A DNA stretch of 60,201 bases. Source: Deltaproteobacteria bacterium (GTDB lineage: Bacteria > Desulfobacterota > Desulfobacteria > Desulfobacterales > ETH-SRB1). The stretch covers positions 1 through 60,201 of the forward strand of contig JAJSZW010000004.1 in NCBI GenBank assembly GCA_030262895.1, written 5' to 3'. This document shows, one piece after another, positions 18,228 to 26,347 of the stretch (the first letter of the stretch is position 1; every line of letters begins with the position of its first letter). The notes below the pieces were generated by a model that worked only from the letters and a program-made list of their open reading frames with translations, made no database searches and was not told where the DNA came from. The position numbers and the translations under genes are program-made.

Positions 18228-19295
18228 CTAAACCATATCCACAGTCAATGCCGCTCTTGCCCCATAATCTGAAGAACACCACACCAGACAGGGCGTATCT
18301 ATTACTTTCTTTGCTATGCCTATTGCTGATAACCCTGTCATAAGTGTTCCAAGCGCGGCGCCCGGATCTCCAAAACAGTCAACAGGATGCTCAAAACAAA
18401 AATTTTCGTCAAAATGATCCTTGTTTCGCATATAGGCAACACCCCATTCCTTTGCTCCAAGATTTTCCCCGTTTAATCCCGCATACACAGTTCTAATTTT
18501 ACCGATATAACTGTCATTAGAAGAAAACATTGCCTGAAATGCTTCTGTCAATCCATCACCATGATAAACCTCTTTGCTGTAACGGTGTCCTTTTTCATAT
18601 CCTGTGCCAATGGCTTGAATCTTAGCAATAGGCTCTTTACCCAAAACTCCAATTTTATCAAGCGAACCGAGCAACAAAAAACCTGCACCTTCACCCGGAA
18701 TAAAACCATCCATAGTATTTGTTCCTAAAATACGATTTTCCATGTCAAGAGAACTAAGCAAATAAAGGTCTAAATAGGTATCAACACCACCAACAATCGT
18801 GAATTGATTCGTACCTGAGGCAAGACGCTGCATGGCGTCTTCAATGGCAAACAACCCGGCAGAGCGTCCCTGCGGAAAAAGTTTACTCTCTGCAACATTA
18901 AAATGAACTCCTGATTGAGCACTGAGATGTTCAAGGAATAGATCATCAACGGGTTTTAGACGGCTCGGAAGTGGTTCAGGAACACCAAGGTAAAGCGGAA
19001 TGTTTTCAATATCAGGCGCATCCTCTAAAGCTTCCTGAAGGGCCGGAGCCGCAAGCCGCAACATCCGTGACTGCCTGGCAGTAATGCCGACAATCTTATC
19101 AACCTCCGGTTCCAGAGACGGCAAAACCTCATCAGGCAATATTGACATGACAAATGGTTCAAATCTTCTGTCATGTATAGTGGTCTCAGAAAAACGGGTG
19201 ATTCCTGCCCGCACCGAGGCCGCTGTCTGTTTAGCGCCAATCCCAACAGCGGTTATCATGCCGACGCCCAAAATAGCCACACCTTTATCCGGCAT
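18228..19295 (-). CDS. Thiolase/ketoacyl-synthase-like T6SS accessory protein (PRK06147-like)
   Basis: GMITAVG...ASVRAGI, GGVDT, DGFIPGEGAG, LNGE...KEW, GDPGAA; follows DUF2169. Confidence 0.85.
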   Translation of the reverse strand: MPDKGVAILGVGMITAVGIGAKQTAASVRAGITRFSETTIHDRRFEPFVMSILPDEVLPSLEPEVDKIVGITARQSRMLRLAAPALQEALEDAPDIENIPLYLGVPEPLPSRLKPVDDLFLEHLSAQSGVHFNVAESKLFPQGRSAGLFAIEDAMQRLASGTNQFTIVGGVDTYLDLYLLSSLDMENRILGTNTMDGFIPGEGAGFLLLGSLDKIGVLGKEPIAKIQAIGTGYEKGHRYSKEVYHGDGLTEAFQAMFSSNDSYIGKIRTVYAGLNGENLGAKEWGVAYMRNKDHFDENFCFEHPVDCFGDPGAALGTLMTGLSAIGIAKKVIDTPCLVWCSSDYGARAALTVDMV

Positions 19296-20329
19296 CAACC
19301 TGTCCTTTCGTCTATATGCAGATTTTTTGGGTTAATGTCTATCTGTTCCACTTTTAATGTTTTTTTATCGCATTCAACCGCGGCTCTCCAGAGCATAGAA
19401 AAATGCGACTCATTCGTTTCGATTAAGATGGTTTCTAAATTTAAAGCAGGATATTCTGTTTTTCCGGCAATTCGCACTGCCGCCTCAAGTTGGCAGACCG
19501 GCAATTTGAATTTCAAAGGCCCGTTATGCGACATCCCTTTAATCATAACAGGTTCACCGCCTTTAAGATAACCACTGCAAACCAGATCAGGGTGAGCTGC
19601 GTTAAAAAAGCGGGGATCAAAGTCTTCGGGAAGATAAGGAGCCCGTTTTTGCTGCCAGGCATCGTCATAGGTCCCGGCAAACGATTTCCGCGGTTCCCAT
19701 GATGATTCAACATAGCCAAAACACGCTGGTGTGGGCAGATCACTGATTTTCTTAATTAGTTGAGCTGGATCTTCAAGATTTGGTAACTTAGTTCCTATTA
19801 GTTCTTTTTTGCTTCTTTTACCTTTAAATCCACTGCCAACAGGGTTTCGTGCTTCAAACAAGACTTCCTGCTTATCAGGGCTTATCTTATGCACACCGCC
19901 AAACGCACGTTCATAAACTAAAGGCATACTCTCAAATGGGACAGGCGGAGTAATGCGAAGTCCCCAAAACCCATGAGTCCACTGTCTATCCCCAAAAACC
20001 CTCACAACTTTTTTTCGACCAGCAACCGCAAGCATCACATCAATCTGCGAAACAGGATGCTTATCAGGAGAAAGCGCTTTGCCTATCATTACAATATCAG
20101 TGGAGGGTTTTGTCAGATGCAATTCAGAAGCATACTTTAAACTTGATTGACCCGGCTCACCCCAATACTCATCGGCCATAACTATGGACGACTGGTTTTC
20201 AGCTATTTCGATTTTATTCCCTGATAAAAAGGTGGCTTTAACGATTACATACAGGGTATCCACAGCATTTTCATTAGGGAGGACAGCAATAGTAGCTTCA
20301 AATTGTGTTTTATTTTTTAGTTGTAACAT
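19295..20329 (-). CDS. DUF2169 T6SS effector adaptor
   Basis: VIVKATF, KPSTDI, VFGDR.W, MPLVYERAFGG, NPVG.G, LPNLED, AGTYD..W, P.DFDPRFFNAA. Confidence 0.93.
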   Translation of the reverse strand: MLQLKNKTQFEATIAVLPNENAVDTLYVIVKATFLSGNKIEIAENQSSIVMADEYWGEPGQSSLKYASELHLTKPSTDIVMIGKALSPDKHPVSQIDVMLAVAGRKKVVRVFGDRQWTHGFWGLRITPPVPFESMPLVYERAFGGVHKISPDKQEVLFEARNPVGSGFKGKRSKKELIGTKLPNLEDPAQLIKKISDLPTPACFGYVESSWEPRKSFAGTYDDAWQQKRAPYLPEDFDPRFFNAAHPDLVCSGYLKGGEPVMIKGMSHNGPLKFKLPVCQLEAAVRIAGKTEYPALNLETILIETNESHFSMLWRAAVECDKKTLKVEQIDINPKNLHIDERTG

Positions 20330-20363
20330 TGACCGAAAAGCACTCAGAGATTGGACTCAATAT

Positions 20364-20876
20364 CTAATTGATGCTTACACTCGACCCTTTTATTCGCTGG
20401 GGACCTGAGGACCGTGACAAAAAATGAGTCCCTTTTATGATAATCTTGCCATCTTTTTGAATGAGAATACTTCCCTTACCGCATTTGATCTCAACTTCGT
20501 CTTCAGCTTCGATTGTTATGCGCTTACCGTCAATCAATACATCATTAGGCCTTTCATTCTGATCACCTGGTAGTTCTAAAGATAACAGGCCTTCAAGAGG
20601 ATCTGCCATCAAGTCCGCAATAATCGGATAATCGGGATTCCCTTTTTCAAATACAAGAAGGACTTCACGTCCTTTGTATTCCTTTTTTATGAGCTCGATC
20701 TTATTCAAACCCGCGACCAATTTAGCGGCTCTCGGCGCACAGCCATCAAACTCTACTAAAATATCACTTCGTCCATTAGTACCGGCAAGATGCCCGATGC
20801 ATGGAGCTAATGATGCAAACTGAGTCGTGGTGAGCATATTATCAGCATGTTGATTTTGTGTTTTCTGCATGACCAT
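20364..20876 (-). CDS. DUF6484 / OB-fold protein of vgrG clusters
   Basis: GREVLLVFEKGNPDYPII, IDGKRITIEAEDEVEIKCGKGSI.I..DGKI.IKG, RIKGSSVSIN. Confidence 0.85.
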   Translation of the reverse strand: MVMQKTQNQHADNMLTTTQFASLAPCIGHLAGTNGRSDILVEFDGCAPRAAKLVAGLNKIELIKKEYKGREVLLVFEKGNPDYPIIADLMADPLEGLLSLELPGDQNERPNDVLIDGKRITIEAEDEVEIKCGKGSILIQKDGKIIIKGTHFLSRSSGPQRIKGSSVSIN

Positions 20877-21169
20877 ACGTAAATTTCCAAATTAAGTGTC
20901 CGAGCATAAATTTTTTGGTAAAAGGCCTCCGAATTCGTGCTCTTCCACTAATATTTTGATTCAGTAGAAGCGGAATGGATAAGCAGATTTTAAAGCGTAT
21001 AACTCTCTGAATATATTAAAAAATCGTTAAGAAAAAACAGATTTTTATATAGTTTTTCTAATAATTCAAAGATTTTGCACTCTGTTCTTTCTTTAGGATC
21101 CTTTATACGTGAGTTTTACACGATTTAAAATCTGATTATCCATAGAGCGGTACTATTCCTCAAAGTGTT

Positions 21170-21315
21170 AGTGATAGAGAGCATCTTTATTTCCATCCAT
21201 GTTTGAGATCTTCACAGTAGACCTGGCAGGCAGGGCCAAAAGGATTGGCCTGATAATCTACCAGTATATGACCAGCCTTGTCTGCTGACACAAGTTTCCC
21301 TACGCATACCCCTTG
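21170..21315 (-). pseudogene. Degenerate second DUF6484 gene fragment
   Basis: Manual translation QGVCVGKLVSADKAGHILVDYQANPFG/[frameshift]/LPARSTVKISNMDGNKDAL. Confidence 0.6.
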
Positions 21316-21399
21316 GTTTCTGTAGAGATATCTTTCAATCGAAAGGCATCGTCCGTGGGGCTCTCCAGTTCAAAGATTTTCGCCAAGAGCTCCCCTGTA

Positions 21400-23562
21400 T
21401 CAGTTTTCCTTGATCTTACTTCCCTTGATAATGACATCTCCACTACCTTTGATCTGAATTTTCTTCCCCTTGACCATTATGTCGCCATTCTTTTTCATCA
21501 CAATTTCGGCCTTCCCTGTTTTCAATACAATCTGATCTTCGGCCATGAGTTGTATTTTTTTTGCATTGACTGCATATTCTTTGCTGACTTGTTCGGTATG
21601 TTTGCCGCCGACCTTTTCGGTAAGATCTTTATTAATTGTCACTGATTGGCTTTTTCCCACTGTTTCTGTCAGATCTTTACCTGTACTTAAATTTTTACTG
21701 CCTCCTATCGTCTCAGATTTCTTGCCCCCAACAGCCTCCATCTTATACGCGCCCACCTCTTCCATCTTGGCGCCACCCACGGTCTCATTCATCGCCGCAC
21801 CAACAGTAACCTGGTAAGCAGCACCAATCGTGAGTTCTTTTGCCGCCCCAATTGTCTCTGCTGTGTTAATTGTGACGGTCTCAGTTTTGTTCTTTCCAAC
21901 ACTGAGGCTCATATTAGCGCCTATGCTTTCAGTATGATTCGCCCCGATCTCAATTGTTTTATCGTTCCCTACCGAAAGAGTCTCATCATGCCCAACAGTC
22001 TGATTCTTGTCGTTCTCAATAGCAATAGTCCAGTCCTTCTGACCATGCAAATATACCTCTTCTTCCCCCTTTTTATCCTCAAACCTGATCTCATTCGACC
22101 CACCGCCTCCAAGAGAAGAATCCGATTTTATAGTACTTTTTGTTTTTTCATCAGGAAGAGAATAGGGCGGCGTGTTGGTGCCGTGGTAAACACGACCGGT
22201 GATAATCGGTCTGTCAGGATCTCCTTCAAGAAAATCTACAATTACCTCCTGACCGATACGGGGTATGTGCATAGCCCCCCATCCTGCACCCGCCCACACT
22301 TGACTGACACGTATCCAGCAGGAGCTGTTCTCGTTGTTTTCCCCCTCACGATCCCAGTGAAACTGAACTTTTATCCGTCCGTGTTCGTCAGTATAAATTT
22401 CTTCCCCTGCCGGACCCACGACAATTGCCGTCTGCGCGCCTTCTACCACCGGTTTTGGGGTAAGCCGGGGAGGGCGGTACGGTACATCAAAGGGAATACA
22501 GGTAAAACTGTTGGCATACGATTGTCCCGACTCCTGTCCAGAACCCCCCACTGGCTCGGTTGCCCCATGATTGACGGATGTCATAACATACGGTTTGTTG
22601 TTCATATCCTCCCGGAAATACTCCAGAAGATCAAACCTGTACCCGCTTGTAAATGCCCTGCAATCACTTGAACCGGTTATAGTCGTGATCTTTGTTTCTT
22701 CTTCCTCCATGCGTATTGTGGTTAAACGCTCTCCTTGCGCCTTTTTTGTATAAAGCCCTGGATAATCGTATATCTCGCGCTCTCCAGGACCCAACATCTG
22801 TTTAGTGGAAACATCCACCTTCATATCAGTGCCTGGTATCTCAAAATTAAAATCGTTAATGGAATATTTGGCAGGTCTGATCTCCTGCATTTTCTCCAGG
22901 CTGGTTATCACGTCCTCCTCCAACCAACCACCGGCACTGATCTGATACCGTGCAGATTCCTGTTTGGGACATGGCTTGAACTTGTCAGAGGCATCAGCCA
23001 AAATTAGCGTATGCTTTTTTTCTTCGTGTTCAAAGAAATAACATATCCCTTCTTCTTCCAGAAGGCGGGAAATAAAGTTAAAATCAGTTTCTCTGTACTG
23101 CACGCAGTAGTCCCTTTTATCGTAGCTGTCATTGAGAAGGAGCTTGTAATCTAAAAACTCTTTTTCGGTAAATATTTTTTCCACTATATCCGGCACGGAA
23201 AGCTTTTGAAATATTCTCGAATCCGCTGTCCTTGTGAGCAGCCAGAGCCATGGAACCATGGTGGCTGTATAATGCGAAAAATGCGTATCACCTCCGGCTT
23301 CGCCGCCGCCCCTTCCCTGCGAAAAACTGGATATTATACCATTAAAAAAACGTTTGTCTCCATCTGCCAGGATAATGGAGACTGCGACGTTTTTCCCGAT
23401 AATGTCTTCAAATGTTATGTTGTGATTTTCTGAAAGGAGGTCGAGTTCAAAGCTGAAAAGATCGGAGATGCCTTCTATTCCATGGCATCCTGTAAGAAGC
23501 AGCACATCCGTGCCCAGCGGGGTGTTAATGGCAATTAGTCTGTTTTCTTGCGTATAGGACAT
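21400..23562 (-). CDS. vgrG: T6SS spike protein VgrG (no effector extension)
   Basis: YCVQYRETDFNFISRLLEEEG, GRIKVQFHWDR, SCWIRVSQ.WAG.GWG, PRIGQEV.VDFLEGDPDRP, beta-helix repeats. Confidence 0.97.
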   Translation of the reverse strand: MSYTQENRLIAINTPLGTDVLLLTGCHGIEGISDLFSFELDLLSENHNITFEDIIGKNVAVSIILADGDKRFFNGIISSFSQGRGGGEAGGDTHFSHYTATMVPWLWLLTRTADSRIFQKLSVPDIVEKIFTEKEFLDYKLLLNDSYDKRDYCVQYRETDFNFISRLLEEEGICYFFEHEEKKHTLILADASDKFKPCPKQESARYQISAGGWLEEDVITSLEKMQEIRPAKYSINDFNFEIPGTDMKVDVSTKQMLGPGEREIYDYPGLYTKKAQGERLTTIRMEEEETKITTITGSSDCRAFTSGYRFDLLEYFREDMNNKPYVMTSVNHGATEPVGGSGQESGQSYANSFTCIPFDVPYRPPRLTPKPVVEGAQTAIVVGPAGEEIYTDEHGRIKVQFHWDREGENNENSSCWIRVSQVWAGAGWGAMHIPRIGQEVIVDFLEGDPDRPIITGRVYHGTNTPPYSLPDEKTKSTIKSDSSLGGGGSNEIRFEDKKGEEEVYLHGQKDWTIAIENDKNQTVGHDETLSVGNDKTIEIGANHTESIGANMSLSVGKNKTETVTINTAETIGAAKELTIGAAYQVTVGAAMNETVGGAKMEEVGAYKMEAVGGKKSETIGGSKNLSTGKDLTETVGKSQSVTINKDLTEKVGGKHTEQVSKEYAVNAKKIQLMAEDQIVLKTGKAEIVMKKNGDIMVKGKKIQIKGSGDVIIKGSKIKEN

Positions 23563-23633
23563 GGTCTTTTTACCGGGGCAGACATTTTGTTCGCTATTTA
23601 TTTACCGGATAAACCAATTAGCGCCCTTCGGGC

Positions 23634-23663
23634 AAGCTGTTAAGCTGTTGAGCCGTTAAGCTT
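23634..23663 (+). repeat. Octamer tandem array (AAGCTGTT type), inverted relative to the other copies
   Basis: AAGCTGTTAAGCTGTTGAGCCGTTAAGCTT. Confidence 0.7.
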
Positions 23664-23758
23664 ACCTGCTAAGAGCTATGAACCATTATTGCAGACTGAT
23701 AGTTTCCAACCTATTAATAAGATTGACTAAAAAATGAAAATTTCTATACTATAAAATT

Positions 23759-23787
23759 ACAATACCAGTGTGGTTTGTCATTGTCAA
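23759..23787 (-). promoter_or_regulatory. Putative sigma70 promoter for the vgrG block
   Basis: TTGACA-N17-TATTGT about 200 bp upstream of vgrG. Confidence 0.55.
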
Positions 23788-23852
23788 TATAGTATTGGAG
23801 GGAGGCGCAAAGTTCATAAACAGTAACAATTTAGCCTTTTGAAAAAGAGTCC

Positions 23853-24029
23853 GACAGGATAACAGGATAAACAAGATTTGTAAGCGTTCACGGAACATTG
23901 AAATTAGAAATTTGGCCTTCATGCTTTTGTACTGTTTTTCCCAATGTCTAATTTCTACTTTCCAATTTCAAGTTTCAAGCCATGAACGGCTACAATAATA
24001 TAAATCCTGAATATCCTGTAAATCCTGTC
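23853..24029. repeat. Nested palindromic short-tandem-repeat element
   Basis: Outer ACAGGAT repeats mirrored by ATCCTG(T) repeats; inner CGTTCACGG/CCATGAACG; innermost GAAATT / (A/G)TTTC heptamers. Confidence 0.7.
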
Positions 24030-24084
24030 AAAAAAATAATATTTAAAAGCGCTAACATGCTACCATAGACATTATCTTGTTTGC

Positions 24085-25638
24085 CTAACTCCATCGCCCG
24101 GCCAAACTGGTTAAAGGATCGGCTATCGACTGGAAGCGTGCTATCCGGATGATGTCCTGGTTTCGGAAACAAAGGAGCGGCATCAAGCCCTTATCCAGGA
24201 TGATTTCAACGGCTCGCTCGGTAAGTACCACCTCGGCACAGGGTTTAACCCTGGATTCACCCTCTTCTTTATAGATGTATAATGGCAGGCCTTCAATATC
24301 CTGGATGATGCCGGGTCGAAAGTTCCAGCCATACTGGCTAAATGCCTGGGCCAGCAGGTACACACAGGCAAAGGATGGGTTGCCCCACAAGTAATAATTG
24401 TGGTCCGGCTCGGACGGCATTTCTTCAAATTCAAACTGCTCTATAGGGTCAGTATCCGCTCCATATGGGAGTCGTAGCATGAATCGGGGTAGGGCAAGGC
24501 CGAGGTATGCTGCATCCGGAAGTTTTCTCAGCGCTTGCCATGCCTGACTCTGTTCTGCCCCGTGCAATTTCTGCCAGTCGACAGGGTCCGGCGTCTTGGC
24601 TAAAGACTCGCAACCCAACACTTTGTCATTTGCAGCCGTTATAAACGGCGCTCCGGAAGCTTTAGCAATTTTCGCAATGCAGCCCAGAAGTTCAGCATCT
24701 TCATGGGAATTGTCAAATATATAGTTGCCTGCCAGAACAGCCCACGGCTCGCCGCCGAATGTTTCAACTATCTGCTCTACAAGAAGTTTATAGATACCGG
24801 TTGACCGCATGTTATCTGTAGCTCCCAGATCAGCGGTCAGTTCGGCTTTTGATATATCGAGTAAATATAGTTTGAGCTGCTCATCTGTTTCCAATCTGGA
24901 TACAAGGAAATAAACTCCTCGCCAGGCAGACTCTATTGCCTGAAAATCGGGGTGGTGCAATATCCTTTGCATTAGCTCGCTTGTGGCAGCATCTACAGCA
25001 TCCAGCATCTCTGCCTGCTGCGGTTCAATGTCAGGGACGAGATGTGGTGTGACTATTTGGTTTAAGAAATTATCCCACTCTGATGTAACCCGCGATGATT
25101 CGGTCTCAGGCGCTTTTTCCCGGGTTTCTTCAAGAACCTGGTCGAGCAGGTTACCTGTTGTCTGCCCTGAAATGCTTTCTATAGATTTTCCCATATCTTT
25201 CGGAGGCGGAACAAATTCAGATGGTTTATCCGCTCTTTTGAGTTCTTTTGCTAACTCAGCAAAAGTTGAGGGGTCTTTTATCCCTTTGCGGGTCTCTCTC
25301 AATGCCTCAAACACTTCAAGTCTTTCAAAGAGACTGTCAGGATGAAAATCATCAAGTTCGGAAAATTCGATAGTAACAGGTGGGGATTCTTTGCCAAGGA
25401 TTGGAAGCTTGATCTTGACTTTAAGTCTTGCAAGCACCTCATCAAGATTATCCCGATCCACCATAAGAATTCTTCGGTTGTCCAATGCAGGATCAATAAT
25501 CCCCCGATTAGTCCTTCCGCTGAAATCGCCGAAAATACCAATCCGAAATGGCGTCTCCGGCTCTGGCACACCGTGTGTTTTCTCCATGGTCGAGACAATG
25601 TTAACCTCGACCTTTTCAAATGAAATTGGTTTTGACAT
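24085..25638 (-). CDS. Single-chain TssB-TssC-like sheath-domain protein
   Basis: N-term VipA-like (PFRIGIFGDFSG, VDRDNLDEVL, FSELDDFHPD) plus VipB-like (ILHHPDFQAIESAWRG, LALPRFMLRLPYG, YLWGN). Start moved to MSKPIS; the longer ORF reads through the REP. Confidence 0.8.
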   Translation of the reverse strand: MSKPISFEKVEVNIVSTMEKTHGVPEPETPFRIGIFGDFSGRTNRGIIDPALDNRRILMVDRDNLDEVLARLKVKIKLPILGKESPPVTIEFSELDDFHPDSLFERLEVFEALRETRKGIKDPSTFAELAKELKRADKPSEFVPPPKDMGKSIESISGQTTGNLLDQVLEETREKAPETESSRVTSEWDNFLNQIVTPHLVPDIEPQQAEMLDAVDAATSELMQRILHHPDFQAIESAWRGVYFLVSRLETDEQLKLYLLDISKAELTADLGATDNMRSTGIYKLLVEQIVETFGGEPWAVLAGNYIFDNSHEDAELLGCIAKIAKASGAPFITAANDKVLGCESLAKTPDPVDWQKLHGAEQSQAWQALRKLPDAAYLGLALPRFMLRLPYGADTDPIEQFEFEEMPSEPDHNYYLWGNPSFACVYLLAQAFSQYGWNFRPGIIQDIEGLPLYIYKEEGESRVKPCAEVVLTERAVEIILDKGLMPLLCFRNQDIIRIARFQSIADPLTSLAGRWS

Positions 25639-25663
25639 TACAAAATTTTTTCCTGAAAGGCTC

Positions 25664-25693
25664 GTAGGTTGGGTTGAGGAACGAAACCCAACA
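25664..25693 (+). repeat. GTAG-family REP (left)
   Basis: GTAGGTTGGGTTGAGGAACGAAACCCAACA, perfect inverted copy at 26278-26307. Confidence 0.93.
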
Positions 25694-25712
25694 ACAAGCA
25701 ATAAAGTAAACG

Positions 25713-26255
25713 CTACTCTTTTCCAATTAACTCATCAAACGAAATATCACGACCTGCCCCCCACTCCAAATTAAATACACCTTCGCGAACATAACGGTGA
25801 AAACTGGAATACTCCCAATTCTTCGGCGTCTTCACCAATCCGTGCTTTACCGGGTTATAATGAATATATTCAACATGTTTGACAAAATCTTGCTCATCAC
25901 GAATCAAATGTTCCCAAAATCGATGTTGCCAAACAGCTTGTTCTTTTTTTATCTGTCTTGATGCAGATGGGGTTTTCTTATACCTGTTATCGCAGTTTCT
26001 GGTGAAATGCGTCTTGATCAAGCGCCACCGTTTGGAAAAATCCCGATCACCTTGTGGTAATGTCCACAGACAATGCAGATGTTCCGGCAGAAGGACAAAA
26101 GCATCAATGGTGAAGGGATGTTTTTTCATGACTTGTCTCAGAGATTCACGTAATAGCGAAACATTGTCAGGATGGCAGAGAATCTTCTTTCTTGTATGTG
26201 TGACCACTGTAAAAAAATATGTTCCGCCTTTTTTTCGTGCTCTGCGATATCGCAT
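25713..26255 (-). mobile_element. rayT: REP-associated tyrosine transposase (RAYT, Y1 HUH)
   Basis: GGTYFFTVVT, VLLPEHLHCLWTLP (HUH), VWQHRFWEHLIRD, YIHYNPVKHGLV, W.YSSF; flanked by inverted REPs. Confidence 0.93.
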
Positions 26256-26277
26256 GATTCTTATGTTGCCTGGTTAT

Positions 26278-26307
26278 TGTTGGGTTTCGTTCCTCAACCC
26301 AACCTAC
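26278..26307 (-). repeat. GTAG-family REP (right)
   Basis: TGTTGGGTTTCGTTCCTCAACCCAACCTAC. Confidence 0.93.
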
Positions 26308-26318
26308 AATGTCTTACA

Positions 26319-26347
26319 AACTCATCAGCTTACCAGCTCATCAGCTA
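26319..26347 (-). repeat. Octamer array overlapping the tssH stop codon
   Basis: Coding strand TAGCTGATGAGCTGGTAAGCTGATGAGTT. Confidence 0.75.

Noticed and set aside
21934-22671. Long antisense ORFs within vgrG (also within tssH, tssC and across rayT)
   Set aside because: Shadow frames of well-supported genes, with no motifs.
25639-25701. N-terminal extension MLVVGFRSSTQPT of the sheath-fusion ORF
   Set aside because: It is a translation of the REP sequence; the real start is more likely 25638.
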